Position numbers and translations under genes: made by a program. 64,000 nt of DNA from Hyphomicrobiales bacterium (GTDB lineage Bacteria > Pseudomonadota > Alphaproteobacteria > Rhizobiales > Xanthobacteraceae). The stretch spans positions 37,473 to 101,472 of the forward strand of contig WHTP01000002.1 of assembly GCA_009377695.1 (NCBI GenBank), in the 5' to 3' direction. The notes under the pieces were generated by a model that saw only the letters and a list, made by a program, of their open reading frames with translations, was not told the DNA's origin and made no database searches. Positions 1-7,740 of this stretch are shown here, piece by piece (within the stretch, counting starts at the first letter, position 1; the number at the start of each line of letters is the position of its first letter).

Positions 1-1
1 G

Positions 2-178
2 CCAAATGCCCCGACATACGCGCCGACTGAGTTTGCCAAAGAAAGATCGGCGCGCGAGGCAGGACTCAAGAAGACCGATTTTGAAGCGGCCATGCGGCGC
101 CTGCTGGCATCCGGTAAAATCCGCGTCGACAGCTACGGACCGCCCTCCCGAGGATGGACAAGGCTGGTGACGACATGA
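2..178 (+). CDS. 3' end of a replication/primase-like protein (partial, start outside the window)
   Basis: Frame 2 is open from the window edge to TGA 176-178. The tail ...FEAAMRRLLASGKIRVDSYGPPSRGWTRLVTT resembles C-terminal winged-helix tails of phage/plasmid primase-replicases (recognised from memory, weak). Confidence 0.3.
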   Translation, partial: PNAPTYAPTEFAKERSAREAGLKKTDFEAAMRRLLASGKIRVDSYGPPSRGWTRLVTT

Positions 179-180
179 CC

Positions 181-228
181 TGCACTACTCCCTGCACTAC
201 TCCCTGCACTACTGGTGCATTACTGGTG
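181..228. repeat. Short direct repeats: TGCACTACTCCC x2.75 (181-213), then TACTGGTG x2 (210-217, 221-228)
   Basis: Read directly. They lie immediately downstream of the rep-like stop codon. Confidence 0.9.
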
Positions 229-355
229 TGTGTCCGACCCCCCCCCTGCCTGGGGACAGGCAGTGCAGGCTTTTGAGAGCCTGCGCCTGTCCGCCAGTCT
301 CAGGGGGGTTCCGTGCAGGCCGGACAGCCGGATTTCAATCTTATCGGAGAGAACC

Positions 356-595
356 ATGACTGAACGTCCCTCACGACCGTCCCGGCCGTCGCGTCCGGGC
401 CGGATCGAAGACGGGAGCGACCCCATCGCCGTGATGGCGCCCAAACCCACGCCCGACCCGCCAGCGCCGGCCTGCTCGCACTGCCACCTGCCCGGCAAGC
501 TGGTCGCGTTCAGGACCCGATCCGGCGTGGTGCAGATCCACCAGCGCTGCGCAGTCGGCTTCGCGCTCGCGCTCATGAAACCCCATGCCCGCTGA
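356..595 (+). CDS. Hypothetical small protein with a CxxC...C motif and SRP repeats
   Basis: ATG 356 is preceded by GGAGA (346-350). Translation: MTERPSRPSRPSRPG...CSHCHLPGKL...IHQRC. Confidence 0.45.
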   Translation: MTERPSRPSRPSRPGRIEDGSDPIAVMAPKPTPDPPAPACSHCHLPGKLVAFRTRSGVVQIHQRCAVGFALALMKPHAR

Positions 596-665
596 CCACG
601 GCACCGGGCATGCGCACGTGAAACGCGTTTCGGCACGACATCTGGACAATGTGCATATTCGGACC

Positions 666-902
666 ATGCAGGTAGCCGCGACGACGACGACCGACCGAAC
701 GCGTATCAGCCGGCTGCGCCGTCACCGCGCCCGGACCCGCGTCGGGAAAATTGTCCTGCTGGTGGAGGTCGACGAGGTCGCACTGACGGAAGAATTTCTG
801 GCCTGCCGATTCCTGAAACCGAACGAAGCTTACGACCGTGACAAGCTGGCCGACGCGTGCTCGCGGTTTCTCAACATGCTGACCCCTGGAGATCCGAAAT
901 GA
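666..902 (+). CDS. Hypothetical phage-element protein
   Basis: ATG 666, same frame as track ORF 585..902. Its stop overlaps the capsid start (ATGA at 899-902). Confidence 0.45.
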   Translation: MQVAATTTTDRTRISRLRRHRARTRVGKIVLLVEVDEVALTEEFLACRFLKPNEAYDRDKLADACSRFLNMLTPGDPK

Positions 903-1942
903 ATAGACCCATGGCGGCTGCCGTGAGCATTGCCGAACGTTTTGCCGATCACCAGGCCTCGTTCGAGCTCGCGCATATCGCGAGAGCGCTCGTCATTGCC
1001 GGCGGCCGATGGGGTGATGCTGCGGTTGTCGCCGAGAAGCTGCACGCAGCGGATCGCGCTCAGCGCATTCTAAAATCTGCGGTCGCTGGCGGCACCAGTG
1101 ACATCACCGGACTGACCGGGGACTTTCGCTCGGCGAGCAGCGCGTTCTTGTCGGCGTTGAAAAACATCGGCGTGCTCGAGGCCGTGCTTTCGCAAGCTCG
1201 CGTCGTCCCGCCGCAGACGTTCGTCAGCGCGGTGACAATTGCGCTTGAAGGCAGCGAGACCGTCGAATCGAAAGGCAAGGTCTTGTCGCGACTCGAACTC
1301 ACGCCGGCCACCCTTGCGAAGCACAAGGCGATCGCGTTGGTCGTCATGACCGCCGATGCGCTTCGTGAAGCCGGTCCCGCAGGACTGAACTTCGTCAACA
1401 GCGAACTGAGAAACGCCGTTGTCGGCGCATCGGATGCGATATTTCTCGATTCGGTAACGAACGGCTTGACGCCATTGACCGGATCAGCGACGCCGTCGAC
1501 CGACATCATCGCGCTGCTGAATGCGACAAACCTTTCATCGACGTCGCGCATCATCCTTGTGACGCCGCCGGCCGGCGTCAACAGCCTGCTCATGACACAA
1601 GCCAGCTTGTCGCCTTCAAGCTTGAATACCAACGGCGGCACGTTCGCCGGGATCACGGTGCGGGTGACCGACGCATTGCCCGGCGGCACCGTCGTCATGA
1701 TCGACGCCAGCGGCATCATTGCTGCCGATGAAGGGCTGACTTTGGATACCGCACGTCATGCCAACCTGCAGTTCGACGACGCAACGTCGCAAGCCAGTGA
1801 CAGCCCACCGGCGCCAACGACGACAGTTGGACTTTGGCAGACCAACTCAGTCGCGCTGCGTGCCGAGCGGCATTGGCGACACGTCGCGCGCGCCAACTCT
1901 GTGGCGATCATGAGCGGCAGCACGTGGGCGACCGCAGCGTAA
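899..1942 (+). CDS. HK97-family major capsid protein
   Basis: Translation has the typical HK97 MCP layout, including the C-terminal ...TTTVGLWQTNSVALRAERHWRHVARANSVAIMSG. ATG 899 is coupled to the upstream stop. Confidence 0.85.
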   Translation: MNRPMAAAVSIAERFADHQASFELAHIARALVIAGGRWGDAAVVAEKLHAADRAQRILKSAVAGGTSDITGLTGDFRSASSAFLSALKNIGVLEAVLSQARVVPPQTFVSAVTIALEGSETVESKGKVLSRLELTPATLAKHKAIALVVMTADALREAGPAGLNFVNSELRNAVVGASDAIFLDSVTNGLTPLTGSATPSTDIIALLNATNLSSTSRIILVTPPAGVNSLLMTQASLSPSSLNTNGGTFAGITVRVTDALPGGTVVMIDASGIIAADEGLTLDTARHANLQFDDATSQASDSPPAPTTTVGLWQTNSVALRAERHWRHVARANSVAIMSGSTWATAA

Positions 1943-1979
1943 TGACCGACGGCCTGCCGCGTCCGGCACAGAGGAACCG

Positions 1980-2837
1980 ATGAACCATCGCGCGCATGCG
2001 ATCCTGACCGTCAAACGAATCGACGCCGACCAGCGCATCATCGAAGGCGTCGCCACAACTCCCACTCCCGATCGTCTTCAGGACGTCGTCGAACCACGCG
2101 GCGCCAGGTTCAAACTGCCGTTGCCGCTGCTGCTGCATCATCGCCATGACGAACCGGTCGGCAACGTCGTGTTTGCACAAGCGACCAAGGACGGCATTCC
2201 GTTTCGCGCCGTCATCGCCAAGGTCGCCGAACCCGGCAAGCTGAAAGATCGTGTCGACGAGGCTTGGCAAAGCGTCAAAGCGCAATTGATCCGCGGCGTA
2301 TCGATCGGGTTCAAGGCGCTCGAACATGAGCTCATGCCGTCCGGTGGCGTCCGGTTCAAATCCTGGGAATGGTTGGAGCTCAGTCTGGTTGTCGTGCCGG
2401 CCAACGTCGAGGCCACCATCTCGACCATCAAGTCGATCGACGCCGGGATCGCCACTGTGGACGACGACGAAAGCGATACGGTGCGCGCACAGAAGTTCGT
2501 CAAGGAGGCGATGGCCGATTTCCGTGGTAGCGGCGAGCGCAGCAACAAGCTGGTCCGCTATACCCAGGGCCAGGCCGACAGCGTCCGTGCGATGTTTGCG
2601 CTGCTGTATCTGCTGATCCAGAAGCAGGATCACAAAATCAAAGAGCTGCGGCAGTCCATGCCGGCGATGAAATACGTCGGCGTATGGGTGCCCGATGCCG
2701 ACTATCGTCAAGGCAACTTCGTCACCGATCACGGCGCACTCTGGCACGCGAACACCACGACGCGGTCAAGACCGGGAACCGATTCAAGTTGGACACTGGC
2801 CGTCAAGAAAGGGAAGGATGCACGCAATGACCGATGA
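1980..2837 (+). CDS. HK97-family prohead (head maturation) protease with an extra C-terminal region of about 130 aa
   Basis: N-terminal half: ...IEGVATTPTPDRLQDVVEP...LLLHHRHDEPVGNV...GVSIGF...ELSLVVVPAN, typical of S78 prohead proteases. The C-terminal half has a coiled-coil-like stretch and a YVGVWVPDADYRQGNFVTDHGALWHA motif. Confidence 0.85.
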   Translation: MNHRAHAILTVKRIDADQRIIEGVATTPTPDRLQDVVEPRGARFKLPLPLLLHHRHDEPVGNVVFAQATKDGIPFRAVIAKVAEPGKLKDRVDEAWQSVKAQLIRGVSIGFKALEHELMPSGGVRFKSWEWLELSLVVVPANVEATISTIKSIDAGIATVDDDESDTVRAQKFVKEAMADFRGSGERSNKLVRYTQGQADSVRAMFALLYLLIQKQDHKIKELRQSMPAMKYVGVWVPDADYRQGNFVTDHGALWHANTTTRSRPGTDSSWTLAVKKGKDARNDR

Positions 2838-3090
2838 CATGCGGGCCGAGGCATTGCACATGTACACGCAGTTCCGCGCCGAGATCAACGCGCTGCTGGA
2901 CGCCACCATCGCAGATGCCGTGAAGGATATGCACACTCGCGATGCCACCAACGACGAGATCGATGCGATGCTGCGAACGTACGCGCCGAGCCTCGTGCAA
3001 GCACGCGCCCGCGCATTGCAGAAGCTGAACGTGATCTTTGCGAACCACGTCGACATCGATGCGATGACCACACATACGACGGCACACTGA
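2827..3090 (+). CDS. Hypothetical protein
   Basis: ATG 2827 in the frame of track ORF 2695..3090. Overlaps the protease stop by 11 nt. Followed by a palindromic terminator. Confidence 0.45.
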   Translation: MTDDMRAEALHMYTQFRAEINALLDATIADAVKDMHTRDATNDEIDAMLRTYAPSLVQARARALQKLNVIFANHVDIDAMTTHTTAH

Positions 3091-3196
3091 TGGCCATGGT
3101 GGTACGGGCCCTGCATCGTCACCGAGATCGCGCCTGACCGCGGCCTGGCCGAGCGGCGCGGCGATTAATGACGATCGCCAATCATTCCATCATTTC

Positions 3197-3220
3197 AAAA
3201 CGGGCCCATGGGCCCGTTTT
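3197..3220. terminator. Perfectly palindromic, bidirectional terminator-like hairpin AAAACGGGCCCATGGGCCCGTTTT
   Basis: Read directly. A-run and T-run flank a GC stem. Confidence 0.7.
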
Positions 3221-3437
3221 GCCTCCATCGTGGAGGACACTTTACGAGATGACGAAGGTCCCCACCCGAACGAACGAACGCACGAGGCCCGCAATCGGAT
3301 TGGCGGGTGACTGAGACCGGGGGGGCATGCGAGACTCAAAACGCGTTCGTTCCCGGACCGGGGGGCCAGCGGTATTTTGTTAAATGTCCGGAATTTGCTC
3401 TTCGTGACGTTGTCACGGTGAAGGAGAAAAACTGACG

Positions 3438-3815
3438 ATGCGATCACGAGGACGGAAATCCGGTGCCGAACTGTCGACCCTGATGCCGGAGCTGACGCGG
3501 GTGGAGCGGGTGCGGGCGCCGTCGTGGCTGGACGAGGCGGCGGTTGCCGACTTCCGCGGTCTGGTGGCTGCCGCCTCGGCCGACCACTTCCGCACCACCG
3601 ACGTCGCGTTGCTGGCGCGCTACGCCGAGGTGTGTCTGCTGGCGCGGCGCGCGCTCGAGGCCGAGGACCTGGCAACCTATTTGCCGCTGGTGCGCCTGCA
3701 GGCTTCGCTGGCGGTCAAGCTGCGGCTGTGTCCGTCGACCCGCGGTGATCCCAAGACCATCGCGCGCTCCAAGGTGTTTGCGGGCCGCCACTGGGAGGCC
3801 GAGATCGATGACTAG
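3438..3815 (+). CDS. Phage terminase small subunit, P27-family-like
   Basis: MRSRGRKSG...RAPSWLDEAAVADFRGLV...TTDVALLARYAEVCLLARRA matches the P27-type TerS pattern (from memory). Confidence 0.6.
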   Translation: MRSRGRKSGAELSTLMPELTRVERVRAPSWLDEAAVADFRGLVAAASADHFRTTDVALLARYAEVCLLARRALEAEDLATYLPLVRLQASLAVKLRLCPSTRGDPKTIARSKVFAGRHWEAEIDD

Positions 3816-4020
3816 GCGCATCACCGACGCGATGATCGAGCGCTATTGCGCCGAGCGCGGCTACGCGTTCAAGCCGTGGGAGTATCCGCCGCCGTGGGCG
3901 ATTGCTGACGACGAGGTATGCCCGTGGTCGGACGGCGCCGGCGCGATGTGGTGGCCGAAAGCAAAGCGGCTGCGGGCGAAGATCGTCGCCGAGCTGAAGC
4001 GGGAGGCCGCCGGCCAGTGA
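3808..4020 (+). CDS. Hypothetical phage protein
   Basis: ATG 3808 overlaps the TerS-like stop. Translation: MTRRITDAMIERYCAERGYAFKPWEYPPPW... Confidence 0.5.
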   Translation: MTRRITDAMIERYCAERGYAFKPWEYPPPWAIADDEVCPWSDGAGAMWWPKAKRLRAKIVAELKREAAGQ

Positions 4021-4467
4021 GCGAAGGCGGTCAGGGCACTGCTGGCGTCGGAGAAGTGGCGCGGTCTCTCAGATAGTCAGATCGCGCAAGAGGCGGCTGT
4101 TGCTAAGTCGTTCGTTCAGAAACTCAGGAAAGTGTCGAATCAGCTGGCCTCGGAGGCCACCTCAATTGATGCAAAAGCGTCAAGCCGCCTTGGCAAAGAC
4201 GGCAAGCACTACCCCACCACACGCTCCAAGCCCAAGCCGCCGACCGCTTCGCCGGCCAAGCCGCCGCGGCTCATTGGATATGGAGGAAGAATCATCGCTG
4301 TTTTCGGGGGTCGGATTTTGCGTTTCGGCGGGTGTGCAGAGCACTGGCGCGGATTCGATGGGGGGAAGAGGCGTTTTACCCACGTGGGTAAAACGATCTG
4401 CCATTTCTTGTTCCCATATATGCCGCCAAGACAGGCGCTGCGTTTCCTCGAGCACTGCGCGCGCTAG
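4021..4467 (+). pseudogene. Possible remnant of an HTH (helix-turn-helix) protein, open in frame directly after TGA 4018-4020 but with no start codon before GTG 4132
   Basis: The in-frame translation starts AKAVRALLASEKWRGLSDSQIAQEAAVAKSFVQKLRK (HTH-like). The later part is low complexity. Confidence 0.3.
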
Positions 4468-4472
4468 GGATA

Positions 4473-4552
4473 GGTGTAGAAATTCCTACACCTGATGGTG
4501 TCAAAACTTTCTGACACCTCCGAAGAATTCTTCAGACGTAGCGGCGCGCCGC
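4473..4552. promoter_or_regulatory. Cluster of four palindromes at a GC drop
   Basis: Read directly: GGTGTAG-N6-CTACACC (4473-4492), GGTGTCA-N8-TGACACC (4497-4518), GAAGAATTCTTC (4522-4533), GCGGCGCGCCGC (4541-4552). Confidence 0.6.
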
Positions 4553-4776
4553 AAATAGTTTCAACTGCTACCGCGCCAGGATCGCCAGCGCGCTCAGGAA
4601 CGCCCAGACGACCCTCTAACACTCGGTCGTTGGCGTGAAGCGGTGACGCCTCCTGCTCATAGACCAACCGAAAGTAATCATAATATAATTACTTCGAGAC
4701 AGGGCACTAGCCGCGCGTATTTGATGCAGCGGCTAGAGGCAGAGCGACCACGGTCGCGGCAAGCTGCGGAATCCAT

Positions 4777-4968
4777 TCAGTCATCGGCGAGCGCCTTCTC
4801 GATCATCCGGCGGATAGCTCCCGACCGCGTTGTTTTCTCACGCTTGGCCTTGGAGTCGATTTTCTTCATGAGGTCGGGCTGCAGGCGCAGCCCAATGTAT
4901 TCATGCCCGGTCGGCGGACGGCCACGCGGTCTCTTCTTTTGATGTTTAACACCTATTGACATCGCCAT
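4777..4968 (-). CDS. Ribbon-helix-helix (CopG/MetJ-type) DNA-binding protein
   Basis: ...RPRGRPPTGHEYIGLRLQPDLMKKIDSKAKREKTTRSGAIRRMIEKALADD is the typical RHH beta-strand plus two-helix pattern. Confidence 0.7.
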   Translation of the reverse strand: MAMSIGVKHQKKRPRGRPPTGHEYIGLRLQPDLMKKIDSKAKREKTTRSGAIRRMIEKALADD

Positions 4969-4984
4969 GGTTTGATGTTTGACA
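4939..4984. promoter_or_regulatory. Direct 13-bp repeats, 33 bp apart, around the RHH gene start; candidate RHH operator
   Basis: Read directly: TTGATGTTTAACA (4939-4951) and TTGATGTTTGACA (4972-4984). TTGACA hexamers at 4956-4961 and 4979-4984. Confidence 0.45.
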
Positions 4985-5058
4985 TAAAAGCGGGCCGATG
5001 GGAAGCGCGAACTTCCCGCCCGGCCCTGACCATCAACGAACTAACCAGGAGTTCATCA

Positions 5059-5505
5059 ATGGCTGAGCCAAGAATACCAGACCCCACGCCCGAGCCATAT
5101 GGCGATGGGATGCTGCTCTGTGTGAGCTGCGCAATGATGGCGGCACTGATGGTCGCGATCGTGACGCTGTTGCTGTGGGCGACGACGGCACCGGCGCAGG
5201 CGCGGGATTTCGACTCCGCGAACCACGCGTTGCAGGCGTGCACCGACTACATCAATCCGGATGCCAATCGGAACATGTTCGCACAAGGCGACTGCGCCGG
5301 GGTCGTCCGGACCATCTTCTATTTCGGCCGTACACACTTCAACGCCTGTCCGCCGCGCGGCGTCACAATCTGGCAGGCCACACGCGTCATCGTCGCCTAC
5401 ATCCGCGCTCGGCCGAGTCGGCTGCACGAAGACTTCCGCAATCTCGCCGTCGAGGCGCTCAGGGCGGCATGGCCTTGCAGAAACACAACCGGAAACCCGG
5501 CATGA
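5059..5505 (+). CDS. Secreted Rap1a/Tai4-like protein (T6SS immunity-protein fold family)
   Basis: AGGAG lies 9 nt before ATG 5059 and a signal-like hydrophobic segment follows. ALQACTDY...GDCAGVV...ACPPRGVTIWQATRVIVAYIRARPSRLHEDFRNLAVEALRAAWPC matches the Rap1a/Tai4 Cys and helix pattern (from memory). Confidence 0.5.
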   Translation: MAEPRIPDPTPEPYGDGMLLCVSCAMMAALMVAIVTLLLWATTAPAQARDFDSANHALQACTDYINPDANRNMFAQGDCAGVVRTIFYFGRTHFNACPPRGVTIWQATRVIVAYIRARPSRLHEDFRNLAVEALRAAWPCRNTTGNPA

Positions 5506-5771
5506 AGTGGATCGCGATCGCCCTGGCGGTGCTGGTGAGCGCCTGCAGTCTTGAACAGCAGCAGTGGGCGATGGACAAGTTTGTCGCCAACAACAAATTC
5601 GGATCGAGCGCTGACGTCTGGCTCGTGAAGCGGAGCATGTTCGACGGGAGCCCTATCAAGGTTGCGCTCATCTTCGGCTTTGGCGACGACCACGAGTTCT
5701 GTCAGGAGATTGCCGAACTCTACATGAAGCGCTACCCGGCCAGCACTTACTCCTGCTCGTTCGCGAACTGA
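5502..5771 (+). CDS. Small lipoprotein
   Basis: MKWIAIALAVLVSAC has a lipobox (VSAC). ATGA overlap with the upstream stop at 5502-5505. Confidence 0.6.
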   Translation: MKWIAIALAVLVSACSLEQQQWAMDKFVANNKFGSSADVWLVKRSMFDGSPIKVALIFGFGDDHEFCQEIAELYMKRYPASTYSCSFAN

Positions 5772-5798
5772 CAACGTCCCGGCGCCGGGACCTTCTAG

Positions 5799-5827
5799 CC
5801 GCCCGGCGAACCGGGCGGTTTTGCTTT
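5799..5827 (+). terminator. Rho-independent terminator CCGCCCGG-CGAA-CCGGGCGG-TTTTGCTTTG
   Basis: Read directly. Preceded by a second hairpin GTCCCGGCGCCGGGAC (5776-5791). Confidence 0.75.
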
Positions 5828-5848
5828 GTCCATGTTCACTCGCGCGCC

Positions 5849-5882
5849 TTGACATTCTTGGTTGGACAGTCCAACCTATATC
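5849..5882 (+). promoter_or_regulatory. TTGACA hexamer plus a perfect 8-1-8 palindrome GGTTGGAC-A-GTCCAACC (5860-5876) and a TATAT stretch, upstream of the 5931 gene
   Basis: Read directly. The spacing from TTGACA to TATATC is 22 bp, too long for a canonical sigma-70 promoter. Confidence 0.4.
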
Positions 5883-5930
5883 TCTTGATATCGACCCAGA
5901 GGGGCCGATAACAGCGATAGGGAGGTTGCC

Positions 5931-6788
5931 ATGCGAAACGAAAGCGACCGCGACCGGATCACGCGCACCGGCCGAGCCGCATTGAAGCGGCTCGATAGCG
6001 ATCAGAACTGGCACGACTGGCTTGCCGTCGGCGAGGCCATCCTGATCGGGCGCCAGGAATGCAAAGAGGAATGTGGACTTGCCGATACGAATTTGCCGGC
6101 GGGGAGTTGGGGCGGCGCTTACAACCGCGCCTTTGGCGAATGGCTGGCGAAGGAGAAACTGGACTTCGACAAGGGCGACCGTTCCCGGCTGCTTGAGGTC
6201 ATGGACAACCTGCCGGCCATCGAGACGTGGCGCATGACGCTGACGCTACCGGAACGCCGCCGGCTCAATCATCCATCGACCGTCCTGCGCAAGTGGAAGG
6301 CGGCAACGCAGCCGAAGGAGCCGAGAGAGGCAAAGCCGACGCTGCGCGACTCGGTCGCCAATCTGTCGGAAGAGTCCACGGCCAAGGATCGGGAGATCGA
6401 AGCGCTGAAGGCCCACATCGCCGAACTCGAGGCGGCACCGACGGCCAACCAGGACCAGTATGCCGTGAAGCTGCTGGGTCAGATCAACGAGCTCACGGAG
6501 GCGCTGGCTGCGGCCAGGACCGCGGCGCCAGCCACGGACGATCCGAAGGACGCCGTCGGGATCCTGCGGCGCGCTGCTGGCGCGCTGAACCTCGTGGAGA
6601 CGTGGGGCGAGCAGTCGCCGTATACGCCCCGCATGAAAAAGGTCGCCAAGCACATTCGGGCTTTCCGATCGGTCCTGAGCGAGCTGGAGTCGGTGGCCGC
6701 ACCACCGAAGCCGCCGAAGCCGAAACGCGGGGCCAAGGTCATCGGGCATATGGCCGGCATTGGGCCGATTGTGATGGTTGACGATTGA
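5931..6788 (+). CDS. Hypothetical protein with a coiled-coil centre
   Basis: 285-aa ORF with GGGAGG upstream and a terminator downstream. No family recognised. Confidence 0.6.
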   Translation: MRNESDRDRITRTGRAALKRLDSDQNWHDWLAVGEAILIGRQECKEECGLADTNLPAGSWGGAYNRAFGEWLAKEKLDFDKGDRSRLLEVMDNLPAIETWRMTLTLPERRRLNHPSTVLRKWKAATQPKEPREAKPTLRDSVANLSEESTAKDREIEALKAHIAELEAAPTANQDQYAVKLLGQINELTEALAAARTAAPATDDPKDAVGILRRAAGALNLVETWGEQSPYTPRMKKVAKHIRAFRSVLSELESVAAPPKPPKPKRGAKVIGHMAGIGPIVMVDD

Positions 6789-6814
6789 CGGCGGCTCGAT
6801 TCCGTTTGCAGAGG

Positions 6815-6844
6815 CCGCCCGGTCCGCCGGGCGGTTTTGCTTTT
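6815..6844 (+). terminator. Rho-independent terminator CCGCCCGG-TCCG-CCGGGCGG-TTTTGCTTTT
   Basis: Read directly. Nearly identical to the terminator at 5799-5827. Confidence 0.75.
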
Positions 6845-6972
6845 GGTACCCCGGCGGTACCCAAAACGGCACCGGCAGGCCGTTCACCAGCAATAACTGT
6901 ATGAAATAGCGCAAGTTTTTACGGCGCCCCGGCGCGCCTAGGAAGTCGTTAAATATGGGTTTCGGGCAGCCC

Positions 6973-7740
6973 TCAAGCCCCGCTCGGGCTGGTCCGGCGT
7001 GCGTAGATATCGCCTGAATTCGCCGCCATCGGCAGCGCGGCGAGCCAATTGGCGATGCCCTGCGCATCCTGCCATTGCGAATGGACAAGCGCCTGGCTCT
7101 CGCCGAGTGCGGCGTTGAAGAACAGAAACCCAAGCGCCGCGCAACGCTCTATGCCTTCCTCGGCCAGTTCGCGCTGGATGGTCGTGAATTCGAACGACAG
7201 GGTGGGCACGGGCCGCGTCAGCCCGTTGAGCACCTCGACCTCAAATCCTTCGACGTCGAGCTTGATGAAGGAGGGCAGGCCCTGCCGATCGATCAGGTCA
7301 TCCAGCGTCGTGACCGGCACGGCCACGGTCTTGGTCCAGTGCTGGCCTTCCCATCCGGGTGCGCCGCGGGCGGCCTTGATGAAGGCATCGGACGCGCTCG
7401 AGACAGTCGGGTTATCGAGATTGACTTTGAGGTCGACCGATCCAGCAGCGCGTCCGACCGCCAGTGCTTCGACGACGACCAGGCGGTCGCGGCCGTAGAG
7501 GAGCTTCAGCGTGCGCGCCAGCGCCGGCTGCGGCTCGACGGCGACCACCCGTGCCCCGAGCCGCCGAAACGAGGCGATCCGGTCGCCGACATGGGCGCCG
7601 ATATCGAACACGAGATCGTTCGGCCGAACGAACTGCCGATAGAGGCGATCCATGTCGCCGCGCCGCGCGCCACGGCCGTAATAGATGCCGAGCGAGCGCA
7701 CGATGCCACGCCACCTCCGCCACGTCTCGATGAGCCTCAC
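6973..7740 (-). CDS. FkbM-family methyltransferase
   Basis: ...VFDIGAHVGDRIASFRRLGARVVAVEPQP...FIKLDVEGFEVEVLNG... GTG 7740 overlaps the opgH stop (GTGA). The rest of track ORF 6973..8718 is a shadow frame of opgH. Confidence 0.8.
   Translation of the reverse strand: MRLIETWRRWRGIVRSLGIYYGRGARRGDMDRLYRQFVRPNDLVFDIGAHVGDRIASFRRLGARVVAVEPQPALARTLKLLYGRDRLVVVEALAVGRAAGSVDLKVNLDNPTVSSASDAFIKAARGAPGWEGQHWTKTVAVPVTTLDDLIDRQGLPSFIKLDVEGFEVEVLNGLTRPVPTLSFEFTTIQRELAEEGIERCAALGFLFFNAALGESQALVHSQWQDAQGIANWLAALPMAANSGDIYARRTSPSGA

Larger units (their letters stand above)
1..4470 (+). mobile_element. Phage-derived element (satellite-like island or prophage remnant): rep/primase tail, iteron-like repeats, HK97 capsid, prohead protease, small terminase. 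No portal or large terminase in the visible part.
   Basis: Co-oriented phage-type ORFs with ATGA-type overlaps. The right edge is set where coding potential and GC drop and a cluster of palindromes begins (4473-4552). The left edge lies outside the window. Confidence 0.5.

Noticed and set aside
181-228. CRISPR array (also considered for the repeats at 29632-29663 and 39390-39434)
   Set aside because: The repeats are 8-21 bp, directly abutting with no spacers, at 2-3 copies. No cas genes are present.
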